A stretch of 64,000 nt of DNA from NCBI GenBank assembly GCA_030704615.1, contig CM060734.1, positions 3,410,001 through 3,474,000 of the forward strand, given 5' to 3'. The stretch is from Takakia lepidozioides (taxonomy: Eukaryota > Plantae > Bryophyta). Both the position numbers and the translations under genes were made by a program. This document shows, piece by piece, positions 50,607-64,000 of this stretch. The notes under the pieces were generated by a model, which had not been told where the DNA came from, searched no databases, and saw only the letters and a list, made by a program, of their open reading frames with translations. Numbering within the stretch: the first letter of the stretch is position 1; each line of letters starts with the position of its first letter.

Positions 50607-53600
50607 GTGGTTGAAGCCCCTCTTTTGCCCGCACGTGCTTGAACATGTGCGCGACACATGTCCGGAGACACAACAGACGAATAAACCATTTGCCTCCCCA
50701 TCGACGCGCTCCCCCCTCAAGCCATTCCACATTTTTAATTGAATTTAAATTTATTTTAAGCCAATAAATAGGTTTGCACTGCCTTTCAGTGGGGGTTTCT
50801 GGCACGTATCGATTTTGTTTTTGGCTCAATTTTGTTCTGCGGCTTCCAGCATCCCACGGCTACTCCACCGCCAAAATTTGGACCAATCAAAAATGCCCCC
50901 CCCCAAAAAAGGTGTTCTCTTTCGCTCACTATTGCAGAACTGTCTATGAAGAGTGCACGAAGTAGAACACAAATCAAGTTTGGAGTGCAAAACAAGGAAG
51001 AAACTGTGGTTTTGGGTCCAAATGAATTTCGATCGCTCCCAAATTTGGCACGCACATTGCATATGGCTACATTACACGCCCCATTCAAAAACGGAATGAA
51101 AAACAAATCGTGAGCACGCGAAACACAGTCCAACAGGTCCCAAAGCAATAGCAGCTCCAACAAAATACATTCAACGGGTGAACGGATGGTTGCCCATCCA
51201 AATCATTTTTGTTAGCTTCCAAACTTTGCCAGCACGTTCCAGACACCCTCTCACAGGTCCCGGACTAATATCAGATCAATCGAAAATTCATTCGATGGCT
51301 CATTTTGGTTCGCTTTGAGACTTGGCCACTATGTTCAATGTGCCATGTAAGAGGCCCCAGAGTAATATGAGATCAATCGAAATTCGTTCAATGGGCCAAG
51401 GGATGGTTGCCCATCCAAATGATTTTCGTTCGTTTTCAAACCTTGGCCAGCGTGTTCAATGTACACCCTCTGATACGTCCCAGTGTAATACGAGATCAAT
51501 CGAAAATCGTTCCATTGTCCAATGAGGCGTTCACTTGTCATCTGGTTTTTTGTTCAATGCGAAAAAGAAATCCTGCAATGCGTGCACGGCTATTGCACCC
51601 ATTGAACGGTTGTGGTTGAAGCCCCTCTTTTGCCCGCACGTGCTTGAACATGTGCGGAGACACAACGGACGAATAAATCATTTGCCTCCCCATGGACGCG
51701 CTCCCCCCTCAAGCCATTCCACATTTTTAATTGAATTTAAATTTATTTTAAGCCAATAAATAGGTTTGCACTGCCTTGGTTTCTGGCACGTATCGATTTT
51801 GTTTTTGGCTCAATTTTGTTCTGCGGCTTGCAGCATCCAACGGCTACTCCCCCGCCAAAATTTGGACCAATCAAAAATGCCCCCCCAAAAAAGGTGTTCT
51901 CTTTCGCTCACTATTGCAGAACTCTCTATGAGGAGTGCACGAAGTAGAACACAAATCAAGTTTGGAGTGCAAAACAGGGAAGAAACTGTGGTTTTGGGTC
52001 CAAATGAATTTGGATCGCTCCCAAATTTGGCACGCACATTGCATATGGCTACATTACACGCCCCATTCAAAAACGGAATGAAAAACAAATCGTGAGCACG
52101 CGAAACACAGTCCAACAGGTCCCGAAGCAATAGCAGCTCCAACAAAATACATTCAACGGGTGAACGGATGGTTGCCCATCCAAATCATTTTTGTTAGCTT
52201 CCAAACTTTGCCAGCACGTTCCAGACACCCTCTCACAGGTCCCGGACTAATATCAGATCAATCGAAAATTCATTCGATGGCTCATTTTGGTTCGCTTTGA
52301 GACTTGGCCACTATGTTCAATGTGCCATGTAAGAGGCCCCAGAAATTTGGGAGCGATCGAAATTCATTTGGACCCAAAACCACAGTTTCTTCCGTGTTTT
52401 GCACTCCAAACTTGATTTGTGTTCTACATCGTGCACTCCTCATAGAGAGTTCTGCAATAGTGAGCGAAAGAGAACACCTTTTTTGGGGGGGGCATTTTTG
52501 ATTGGTCCAAATTTTGGCGGGGGAGTAGCCGTGGGATGCTGCAAGCCGCAGAACAAAATTGAGCCAAAAACAAAATCGAAACGTGCCAGAAACCCCCACT
52601 GAAATGCAGCGCAAACCTATTTATTGGCTTAAAATAAATTTAAATTCAATTAAAAATGTGGAATGGCTTGAGGGGGGAGCGCGTCCATGGGGAGGCAAAT
52701 GATTTATTCGTCCGTTGCGTCTCCGCACATGTTCAAGCACGTGCGGGCAAAAGAGGGGCTTCAACCACAACCGTTCAATGGGTGCAATAGCCGTGCACGC
52801 ATTGCAGGATTTCTTTTTCGCATTGAACAAAAACCAGATGACAATTGAACGCCTCATTGGACAATGGAACGATTTTCGATTGATCTCGTATTACACTGGG
52901 ACGTATCAGAGGGTGTACATTGAACACGCTGGCCAAGGTTTGAAAGCGAACGAAAATCATTTGGATGGGCAACCATCCCTTGGCCCATTGAACGAATTTC
53001 GATTGATCTCATATTACTCTGGGGCCTCTTACATGGCACATTGAACATAGTGGCCAAGTCTCAAAGCGAACCAAAATGAGCCATCGAATGAATTTTCGAT
53101 TGATCTGATATTAGTCCGGGACCTGTGAGAGGGTGTCTGGAACGTGCTGGCAAAGTTTGGAAGCTAACAAAAATGATTTGGATGGGCAACCATCCGTTCA
53201 CCCGTTGAATGTATTTTGTTGGAGCTGCTATTGCTTTGGGACCTGTTGGACTGTGTTTCGCGTGCTCACGATTTGTTTTTCATTCCGTTTTTGAATGGGG
53301 CGTGTAATGTAGCCATATGCAATGTGCGTTAATATGAGATCAATCGAAATTCGTTCAATGGGCCAAGGGATGGTTGCCCATCCAAATGATTTTCGTTCGC
53401 TTTCAAACCTTGGCCAGCGTGTTCAATGTACACCCTCTGATACGTCCCAGTGTAATACGAGATCAATCGAAAATCGTTCCATTGTCCAATGAGGCGTTCA
53501 CTTGTCATCTGGTTTTTTGTTCAATGCGAAAAAGAAATCCTGCAATGCGTGCACGGCTATTGCACCCATTGAACGGTTGTGGTTGAAGCCCCTCTTTTGC

Positions 53601-56600
53601 CCGCACGTGCTTGAACATGTGCGGAGACACAACGGACGAATAAATCATTTGCCTCCCCATGGACGCGCTCCCCCCTCAAGCCATTCCACATTTTTAATTG
53701 AATTTAAATTTATTTTAAGCCAATAAATAGGTTTGCGCTGCATTTCAGTGGGGGTTTCTGGCACGTTTCGATTTTGTTTTTGGCTCAATTTTGTTCTGCG
53801 GCTTGCAGCATCCCACGGCTACTCCCCCGCCAAAATTTGGACCAATAAAAAATGCCCCCCCCCCAAAAAAGGTGTTCTCTTTCGCTCACTATTGCAGAAC
53901 TCTCTATGAGGAGTGCACGAAGTAGAACACAAATCAAGTTTGGAGTGCAAAACAGGGAAGAAACTGTGGTTTTGGGTCCAAATGAATTTCGATCGCTCCC
54001 AAATTTGGCACGCATATTGCATATGGCTACATTACACGCCCCATTCAAAAACGGAATGAAAAACAAATCGTGAGCACGCGAAACACAGTCCAACAGGTCC
54101 TAAAGCAATAGCAGCTCCAACAAAATACATTCAACGGGTGAACGGATGGTTGCCCATCCAAATCATTTTTGTTAGCTTCCAAACTTTGCCAGCACGTTCC
54201 AGACACCCTCTCACAGGTCCCGGACTAATATCAGATCAATCGAAAATTCATTCGATGGCTCATTTTGGTTCGCTTTGAGACTTGGCCACTATGTTCAATG
54301 TGCCATGTAAGAGGCCCCAGAGTAATATGAGATCAATCGAAATTCGTTCAATGGGCCAAGGGATGGTTGCCCATCCAAATGATTTTCGTTCGCTTTCAAA
54401 CCTTGGCCAGCGTGTTCAATGTACACCCTCTGATACGTCCCAGTGTAATACGAGATCAATCGAAAATCGTTCCATTGTCCAATGAGGCATTCACTTGTCA
54501 TCTGGTTTTTGTTCAATGCGAAAAAGAAATCCTGCAATGCGTGCACGGCTATTGCACCCATTGAACGGTTGTGGTTGAAGCCCCTCTTTTGCCCGCACGT
54601 GCTTGAACATGTGCGGAGACACAACGGACGAATAAATCATTTGCCTCCCCATGGACGCGCTCCCCCCTCAAGCCATTCCACATTTTTAATTGAATTTAAA
54701 TTTATTTTAAGCCAATAAATAGGTTTGCCCTGCCTTTCAGTGGGGGTTCCTGGCACGTATCGATTTTGTTTTTGGCTCAATTTTGTTCTGCGGCTTCCAG
54801 CATCCCACAACTACTCCCCCGCCAAAATTTGGACCAATAAAAAATGCCCCCCAAAAAAGGTGTTCTCTTTCGCTCACTATTGTAGAACTCTCTATGAAGA
54901 GTGCACGAAGTAGAACACCAAATCAAGTTTGGAGTGCAAAACAGGGAAGAAACTGTGGTTTTGGGTCCAAATGAATTTTGATCGCTCCCAAATTTGGCAC
55001 GCACATTGCATATGGCTACATTACACGCCCCATTCAAAAACGGAATGAAAAACAAATCGTGCGCACGCGAAACACAGTCTAACAGGTCCCAAAGCAATAG
55101 CAGCTCCAACAAAATACATTCAACGGGTGAACGGATGGTTGCCCATCCAAATCATTTTTGTTAGCTTCCAAACTTTGCCAGCACGTTCTAGACACCCTCT
55201 CTGTCGCGCACCTCACTTCGGTAAGCTCCCCTTCAAGTCATAGTTACTCGCTTTGATGCGCGCGCCTGACTCCCAACCTGGCCCCGGGCCAACTTGGAGC
55301 TTCGGCTGCTCACCGGGACATAACGGTCCCCCTTTGCTTCCCACTAAACCCTCCACCTATTTGGGCCTGGTGGAATTCCGTTTGGTAGATGGCAGTCCGG
55401 AACAGCTCCCCACTCTTTGGTCGCTTTCCGGCTCGCTCGCTTACTCACTAGTTTTTGGTCACCAACGGGCTTGCACCGTTCTCAGGGTCACTACTCCCCT
55501 TATATATACTTCTGTAGCTGTCCGCGGGGGTTTCACAACCAGCCATGCCATTTTATGGCGAACCACCACGAAAACCCTCGACTCCCGGTGATGAGTCGCG
55601 GTGAGTCTTGGCCCACTCACTACGGCCCCTATGGACCGTGATGAGTCCCAAGACTCCCCACGACTCCCACCACGAGGTCTCCGCCCCCATGGTGAGTCCT
55701 ATGCCACCCCCACTAAGTCCCGCTAAGCTACCACCACCCCTTGTGGAGCCACCCCCACCGCCACCCGGTGTGCGGGGCTCCACCTAGTGAGCGCCTCCGC
55801 CTCCTTGGGTGCATTGGGCACTCAAGGGTGCTTCAGCCCCCCATACCTATCGCTGCCGCTGCCCCCACCACAGGGGCAGCCCCTCATGTGTCCCGACCCC
55901 CCTGCCCTCAAGGCAAAGGGCCGCGACACTCTCACAGGTCCCGGACTAATATCAGATCAATCGAAAATTCATTCGATGGCTCAACGGATGGCTGGCCATT
56001 GAAATGATTTTGGTTCGCTTTGAGACTTGGCCACTATGTTCAATGTGCCATGTAAGAGGCCCCAGAGTAATATGAGATCAATCGAAATTCGTTCAATGGG
56101 CCAACGGATGGTTGCCCATCCAAATGATTTTCGTTCGCTTTCAAACCTTGGCCAGTGTGTTCAATGTACCATCTGATACGTCCCAGTGTATTATGAGATC
56201 AATCGAAAATCGTTCCATTGTCCAATGAGGCGTTCACTTGTCATCTGGTTTTTGTTCAATGCGAAAAAGAAATCCTGCAATGCGTGCACGGCTATTGCAC
56301 CCATCGAACGGTTGTGGTTGAAGCCCCTCTTTTGCCCGCACGTGCTTGAACATGTGTGCGACACATGTGCGGAGACACAACGGACGAATAAATCATTTGC
56401 CTCCCCATGGACGCGCTCCCCCCTCAAGCCATTCCACATTTTTAATTGAATTTAAATTTATTTTAAGCCAATAAATAGGTTTGCGCTGCCTTTCAGTGGG
56501 GGTTTCTGGCACGTATCGATTCTGTTTTTGGCTCAATTTCGTTCTGCGGCTTCCAGCATCCCACGGCTACTCCCCCGCCAAAATTTGGACCAATAAAAAA

Positions 56601-57676
56601 TGCCCCCCCCCCAAAAAAAAGGTGTTCTCTTTCGCTCACTATTGCAGAACTCTCTATGAGGAGTGCACGAAGTAGAACACAAATCAAGTTTGGAGTGCAA
56701 AACAGGGAAGAAACTGTGGTTTTGGGTCCAAATGAATTTGGATCGCTCCCAAATTTGGCACGCACATTGCATATGGCTACATTACACGCCCCATTCAAAA
56801 ATGGAATGAAAAACAAATCGTGAGCACGCGAAACACAGCCCAACAGGTCCCAAAGCAATAGCAGCTCCAACAAAATACATTCAACAGGTGAACGGATGGT
56901 TGCCCATCCAAATCATTTTTGTTAGCTTCCAAACTTTGCCAGCACGTTCCAGACACCCTCTCACAGGTCCCGGACTAATATCAGATCAATCGAAAATTCA
57001 TTCGATGGCTCAACGGATGGCTGGCCATCGAAATGATTTTGGTTCGCTTTGAGACTTGGCCACTATGTTCAATGTGCCATGTAAGAGGCCCCAGAGTAAT
57101 ATGAGATCAATCGAAATTTGTTCAATGGGCCAACGGATGGTTGCCCATCCAAATGATTCTCGTTCGCTTTCAAACCTTGGCCAGTGTGTTCAATGTACCC
57201 TCTGATACGTCCCAGTGTAATACGAGATCAATCGAAAATCGTTCCATTGTCCAATGAGGCGTTCACTTGTCATCTGGTTTTTGTTCAATGCGAAAAAGAA
57301 ATCCTGCAATGCGTGCACGGCTATTGCACCCATTGAACGGTTGTGGTTGAAGCCCCTCTTTTGCCCGCACGTGCTTGAACATGTGTGCGACACATGTGCG
57401 GAGACACAACGGACGAATAAATCATTTGCCTCCCCATGGACGCGCTCCCCCCTCAAGCCATTTCACATTTTTAATTGAATTTAAATTTATTTTAAGCCAA
57501 TAAATAGGTTTGCGCTGCCTTTTAGTGGGGGTTTCTGGCACGTATCGATTTTGTTTTTTGGCTCAATTTTGTTCTGCGGCTTGCAGCATCCCACGGCTAC
57601 TCCCCCGCCAAAATTTGGACCAATCAAAAATGCCCCCCTTAAAAAAAGGTGTTCTCTTTCGCTCACTATTGCAGAA
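50607..57676 (+). repeat. Tandem satellite, ~985-1030 bp unit, about 6 units, one inverted (52343-53329)
   Basis: The anchor GGCACGTATCGATT (single mismatch at 53761) recurs near 50801, 51785, 53761, 54752, 56508 and 57537. Units are highly similar. Confidence 0.95.
55202..55928. mobile_element. Solo LTR (727 bp) inserted in the satellite
   Basis: TGTCGCG...CGCGACA termini; 5-bp TSD CTCTC at 55197-55201 and 55929-55933; the satellite resumes in phase. Confidence 0.9.
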
Positions 57677-58570
57677 ACCTCCAGATACACACCTTAGAAT
57701 GCAACCCATACAAAGATATTAAGCATGCCACCCCTATCATCTGCCCCACTCCTAGATCGTCCAAAATCTACTCACTTGACGACAGTTTCATGGGGATGAT
57801 CCCCAATACCCGACTAACCTGGCTCTGGAACAAATACTCCGCTACCACCCCTCATGCAAGTCAGTTACAACCCCCAAAGCAAGACTTCACCACAAAAGTT
57901 TGCTGGTTGATTGATCGATACCTTCGCGATACCCCCCCGAAGAAACCCTGCTCTTCTGATAAACTCTCGCAAGCTTATTCCCATAGCTCCATTTCCCCGG
58001 ACATCCTCAACTTTCTCGTTTCCTCATTCCAACTCACTCACTCCTACTACTCCAGCCCGCTCACCTGCCCCCTTGAGCTATCATCCTACGACAGTCGACA
58101 CCCTCAAGACTGTGTATTTGGTGCCACAGGCCACGCCACCCACCATACCTGGTCCGGCAATGGTCTAGCACACCCGGCACCCAACACCCCTACACATGAG
58201 GCCCTTCAATGGGCACGCTTCGCAGCCTACTCCTCCCCACCCGCCACCATTATCTTTATCCTCGCACAACAGAGCCCGCCTGTACACCATCACCCCCTCC
58301 TACAACTCCCCCCAGACGTGACACCTAGTTACCATTGAACCCAACCAACATGCATGGACACCCCTTCCCTAAATACCTCCGCCATAAGGAACCCACCCTA
58401 ACCCAGATCCTGATTGTCCAAAAACCCAATGGCACCTCTATATCTCCAAGTTTCCTAGCACACCTGCACCACCTACTATCTGACATGCATGGCACTAGAA
58501 GAGAAACCGGCTTTTTCCACGGGTATGCCATCTCACACCTGACACATTCCACGGCTTTTATCACGGGTCT
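57677..58570 (+). pseudogene. Probable downstream part of the LINE ORF with a PCIF1/CAPAM-like adenine MTase motif string
   Basis: FQLTHSYYSSPLTC...YDSRHPQDCVFGATGHA...WSGNGLAHP resembles PCIF1 ECFASPLN...Y.S..D..FGS.G...GSFEANPPF. Same C/A-rich sense-strand composition as the LINE at 44163-48850. Confidence 0.5.
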
Positions 58571-59199
58571 GTAGACTGAGCCAAGGTGTGGGTCTAAATA
58601 TGCCCTAACTATGGGGTGTCTCACATGTGGTCCACACCCCAGGCAAGAACGGTGTGAAAACAGCCATGAGTGTGGCAGGGGTTGGCTTAGTTTACATGGC
58701 ATGTTACACACCTGTGTGAAATGGGACCATACAATTATTTCCACTGATTGTGGTGTATGGGTTTAGTTAGTACTCCGCTGCAAATGGAATAAATCATGAA
58801 CTTCAAAAATCTGCCCTCGGAAAGACGAAGAGGTGGTCGTTGCACTTTGCAATGTAAACCGAATGCAATGCAAGCTTAACAGTCCTCATATTATGATTGA
58901 AGGGAGTCAAATTAAGTGTGGCCATATCAGTGCAGGGACATAAATATGAATCATTCACCATTGTAAATGAAAACAGGGTAGAAAGTTGCTTGTAGGGTTT
59001 ACAAAAGGTTAATTTAAAAAAAAAGATGCCCATCCCGGTAGCTGCACGAACAGAGGGCTGGGACTTAGAGCAGCGAGCGGGAGGGAGGGCAAACATGGGA
59101 GGCCCGCAGTTGGAGCAACTCACATTTGAAAAGCAAGCAATCCGACAAACGCTAGGGTATGTGTGCGAGGACTAGGTGTCGGTTGAGAGCTCGCCGTTC

Positions 59200-62100
59200 T
59201 GGGGAGAGTCAGCTTGGTCTTAGGTTGAGGACAATGTGGTGAGGGCACCTTCTTCTTCGACCTATTTCAGCCTATTTTGCGCTCTCATCAGACTCAGCCC
59301 TGAATTTGCAGCATGGAGCAGAGCTGGCATGAGTTTTTAAAGATCCTTCACGATGGTGGGACAACCGCAATCGCAAGGTGTGGCTTTTTCTTAATGTATG
59401 ATGTGAAGAATTTTGTCCATCCTGCAAATGTGGGCTCTTGGCTCCTGTTAGTACTGTGCTTTGGTATCCTTCCTGATGTTTACAAGGTTCTTGGAAGAGT
59501 CAGCTTGGTCTTAGCAGGCCGTGCTTCATTTTCTGCCCGCTTAGCTGCACCGTGGTGGTTCTCACAGACCAATCAAACATTACCTGACTACAAACACAAG
59601 CAGCACACACAAGAGGTTCTCTTAGGTTCATGGTCAGTCAAATCCTCCATGGGTCATGACACAAGGTCGAGGACAATGTGGTGAGGGCACCTTCTTCTTT
59701 GACCTATTTCAGCCTGTTTTCCCTCCCATCAGACTCGGTTGATAGAACCAGGCAGCGGTAACGGAGGCACCTTCTTCAATACATTTCAGCCTGTTTTCCC
59801 TGTTATCAGAGTTGTCCCTAATTTTCATGTTGAATTTTGCAAGTTAGCTCTTGGTGGATCTATGGTACCGGGGGTTTTGAAGTGATTTTGACATGTTACT
59901 GCCTATGTGGCAACAGGAAAGTATTGAAAACAGATAATAGAAACTAGGAGAAGCTCTGGAATGAAGGAGCAGGGATAGAGTGTGGGTTGAGATTCATCGA
60001 AGCGGGCCGGATTTCAAGCTCCAGATCACCTATGATTCCCTGTGGAAGGATAGCTACAAGAAACCTGCATGGGTAGATGGTCAATTGGAAGCCGCGGCAC
60101 AAATGATCAAATCAGGCACCTCAACCATAACCACAACTTCTAGAAGAGGATCAAGAGAGGGAGTCCACAATGCCTGTTCCGGCACTTCTGGGCATGTCAA
60201 GATGCTTTGTGAGGCAGGCAGACTGAATGAGGCTCTACAAACTTTAAACCAATGAGGAATTTCAGCAGATTTAGATAAGTATGTCTGTCTCTTGCTTAAG
60301 TGCATCAAGAGGAAAGGCTGGAAGCTAGAAAGCAGGTGCACACTCATATTATGATCCAAAGTGGACTCATGCCAACCGTTTTTCTCCTCAACACCCTTGT
60401 CATCCTGTATGTTAAGTGCGGGAGCATCATGAATGCTCACCGAGTTTTCAACAGAATGCCTCAACGATCTTTGATCTCATGGAATACAATGCTGGAAGGA
60501 TTTACCACGCGTGGGTGTTTGTGTTTGCAAAAGCGTGTGCAAGCCTGGGTCCTCTGGGAAATGGGGGAAAGGGGGCACCTTCTTCAATAGCACAGCGGCT
60601 ACAAATGGGTAGATGGTCAACTGGAAACAGCAGCTGCAGCAACACATTAATAGAACAAGGCACTAGCTAGGATCAATAGCTAAAAGAAACCTGCATGGGT
60701 AGATGGTCAACTAAAGGCAGCAGCTGCAACGTCACAGTTGATAAAATCAGGCACCTCAACCAAGACCACAGCTTCTGGAAGAGGATCAAGAGAGGGAATC
60801 CACAATGCCTCTTCTGGCACTTCTAGGCATGTGAAGATGCCTTGTGAGGCACGCAGACTGAAAGAGGCTCTACAGACTTTAAACCAAGGAGGCATTTCAA
60901 CAGATTCAGAAACGCATGTCTGTCTCTTGCATAAGTGCATCAAGGTGAAAGGCCTGGAAGTTGGAAAGCAAGTGCACACTCACATTATCCAAAGTGGATT
61001 CATGCCAAATGTTTTTCTCCTCAACACCCTTGTCAACATGTATGTTAAGTGCGGGAGCATCATGGATGCTCATCAAGTGTTCAACAGAATGCCTCAACGA
61101 TCTTTGATCACGTGGAATATAATGTTGGTAGGATTTACCAAGCATGGGTGTGGTAGGAATGCTTTGGAGACCTATGAGCAAATGATGGGGGAAGCGGTGA
61201 AGCCCAACCACATCACGTTTGTGAGCGTTTGCAGTGCGTGTGCAAGCCTGGCAGCCCTGGAAAAGGCAAAGAGGTGCATGGCGACATCGTGAGAGCTGGA
61301 ATCCTACCAGATGTCATCCTGAATACTGCCCTGGTGGACATGTATGCCAAATGTGGGTGCATCGAGGATGCAAAGGGAGTGTTCCACAATATGGCTGAAC
61401 GAAATGTGGTGTCGTGGAGTGCGATGCTCGCAGGATATGCACAGCAGGGGTGCGGGATGGAGGCTTTGGAGACCTATGAGCAAATGATGGGGGAAGGGGT
61501 GAAGCCCAACCACATGCGTTTGCAGTGCGTGTGCAAGCCTGACAGCCCTGCAAAAGGGCAAAGAGGTGCATGGCGACATTGTCAGAGCTAGTACCAGATG
61601 TGATCCTGAACAATACTCTGGTGGACATGTATGCCAAATGTGGGAGCATCGAGCATGCAAAGGGAGTGTTCGACAATATGGCTGAACGAGATGTGGTGTT
61701 GTGGAGTGCGATGATTGCAGGATATGCACAGCAAAGGTGCGGGATGGAGGCTTTGGAGACCTATGAGCAAATGATCTGCGAAGGGGTGAAGCCCAACCAC
61801 GTCACATTTGTGTGCGTTTGCAAGCCTGGCAGCCCTGGAAAATGGCAAAGAGGTCCATGGTGACATTGTCAAAGCTGGAATTGTACCCATCGTCATTTTG
61901 AACTCTGCCCTGGTGGACATGTATGCCAAATGTGGGAGCATTGAGGATGCGAAGGGGTTGTTCAACACTATGGCTGAACGAGATGTGGTGTTGTGGAACA
62001 CGATGCTTGCAGGGTATGCACAGCAGGGGCGCGAGATGGAGGCCTTGGAGACGTATGAGCAATTGATGGGGGAAGGGGTGAAGTGCAACCACATCACGTT

Positions 62101-62385
62101 TTGTATGCGTTCGCAATGCTTGTGCAAGCCTAGCAGCCCTAGAAAAGGGCAAAGAGGTGCATGGTGACATCGCCAAAGATGGAATTGTACCAGATGTGAT
62201 TCTGAACAATACCCTCGTGGACTTTTATGCCAAATGTGGGTCCATCGAGGATGCAAAGGCAGTGTTTGATAAGATGGCTGCACAAGATGTGGTATCATGG
62301 AACGTGATGATCGCAAAATATGCCCAGCAGGGTCACGAGATGGAGGCTTTGGATACCTATGAGCAAATGATGGGCAAAGGGTACC
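59200..62385 (+). pseudogene. PDF-motif + PLS-class PPR pseudogenes (two tandem starts)
   Basis: PDFKLQITYDSLWKDSYKKPAWVDGQL is in frame with VKMLCEAGRLNEAL. L/S/P motifs repeat (GKEVHGDI...NTALVDMYAKCGSIEDAKGVF...VVSWSAMLAGYAQQG). Many frameshifts; no E/DYW domain seen. Confidence 0.88.
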
Positions 62386-62429
62386 ACCGACAGTTTGGAG
62401 GCTGTGATGGCTACATATGTGTGGGGAAA

Positions 62430-63485
62430 AAGAAGCGAAGGGATAGAGTGTGGCCAGATTTCAGGCACAAGATTACTTATGATTCCTTGTGAATCAATAG
62501 CTACTAGCAACCTGCATGGGTAGATGGCTGGAAGCTGCAACAGCAGCAACACAATTGATAAATTCAGGCACTGCTAATGAAGGCACTTCTTCAACACAAT
62601 TCACCCTGTTTTTCCCTCTTATCAGAATCGGCCCTGAATTTTCATGTTGAATTCTGCAAGTTAGCTGGTTGAGTGAACCTTTGATAGTTTGGAGTGACTG
62701 ACTGATATTGCCAATGTGACAACAGGAAAGTATCCAGAAACAGGTAACAGATATAAGGAGACCAGGAGCTGGGGAATGAATACTTTTATGACCCCAGTCA
62801 ATGGTGGGACAATCAAGGCAAAAGGTAAATGCCTGTTGGATTACAGAGAGTAGCAAATGCAATTGAGCATAGGAACTAGTGTGATAAGTTGAGTTGGGTG
62901 TTTCCTAGAACAATTCTAGGCTTTCATTGTCAGTTGCTAGCAGCACGGAAATGGTGAATGCATGATTTGTGCAGAGGCATGGATAGCTGAAGGAGCAGGG
63001 ATAGAGTGTGGGTCCAGATTGGCAGCAGCGACACAATTGATATAATCAGGCACTGCTAATGAAAGCATCTTCTTCAGCACATTTCACCATGTTTTTCCCT
63101 CTTATTAGAATCGGCCCTAACTTTTCATGTTGAATTCTGCAAGTTAGCTAGTTGAGTAAATCTAATTTGGAGTGACTTTGACATGATATTGCCGATGTGA
63201 CAACAGGAAAGTATCCAAAAACAGGTAACAAGGACGAGGACAAGCTGTGGAATGAATACTTTTTTGACCCTAGTCAATGGTGGGAAGAAGGTGAATGCTT
63301 GTTGGATTATAGAGAGTAGCAGATGCAATTGAACATAGGAACTAGTGTGATAAGTTGAGTTGGGTGTTTCCTAGAACAAATCTAGTCTGTCATCGTCAGC
63401 TGCTAGCAGCAAGGCAAGGATGTATGCTTGATTTGTGCAGAGGCATCGATAGCTGAAGGAGCAGGGATATAGTGTGGGTCCAGAC
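62430..63485 (+). pseudogene. Further tandem PDF-motif fragments
   Basis: PDFRHKITYDSL and WNEYFxDPSQWW units homologous to 35320-36430. Confidence 0.7.
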
Positions 63486-64000
63486 TCAGGTGTTTCCGCC
63501 TTGGCATGTTGCTCAATGACCTTCCTTGGTAGCTTTGGAATATAGTGAGTGTCTCACAATGCAATGTTGGTTGGTGCATCTTATGCAGGAACTTGGAAAA
63601 CAAACAAATGTCATTTTTTGGAGCTTTAGGCTGAACCTCTATGCAGGGCTGCATTGCGCAGCCTGGCCTCTGCCTCAGACTCAAACTCAGATCTTTGATC
63701 TCAGACTCAGACTCAGACTCAGACTCTTTGATGTCAGGCTGAAGTGTATTTGGGCAATGAAGCACTTATGTAATTCTGAATTATCGTTGCATCTGCTCAT
63801 TCTATCTGTTGTTCTGGCCATGCTTAGTCAGTTCTTCATGTCATGAGCAGGTTGTTGCCGTGATGCTTTGGAATTGTGTTTAGGTGTCTTTAGATCGTGA
63901 TACTGACCACGAGCAACCTACGGTGAACTGTGGTATCCTCCACATTTATGTGGAATGTCCTACAACATAGGCCGTAGTATATTTCACACCCGCTATGGTC

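Noticed and set aside
50607-57676. Many recurring short ORFs in the satellite; possible rDNA or 5S array
   Set aside because: The ORFs have no recognisable motifs and recur only because the DNA repeats; I recognise no rRNA sequence.

Overview
Repeat-rich nuclear DNA from a land plant, probably a non-seed lineage. That placement is an inference from spliceosomal introns, TTTAGGG repeats, PLS-class PPR genes and an RKD gene. Only one host gene looks intact: a 5-exon RWP-RK/RKD transcription factor (24877-31605). The rest is nested, mostly decayed mobile DNA: Ty3/Gypsy pieces, CACTA pieces, LINEs, a ~1-kb satellite, a solo LTR, and PDF-motif/PPR pseudogenes. The main candidate system is a Mutator-like (MULE) family with 9-bp TSDs and asymmetric ends. 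It appears to encode a GCM/WRKY-like Zn-finger + DDE + SWIM transposase and an intron-containing ParB/Srx-like (DGNHR) + beta-class N6A/N4C DNA methyltransferase-like protein. It carries arrays of subfamily-specific 24-30 bp palindromes, and a SET-domain ORF lies convergent to the methyltransferase gene. Three TSD-bounded copies tie the parts together: one carries the transposase SWIM end, another a homolog of a ParB-MTase exon. A second unusual element is a LINE with a chromodomain and, probably, a PCIF1/CAPAM-like methyltransferase domain, split by a satellite at a circularly permuted junction. All domain calls were made by eye from motifs; no searches were run.
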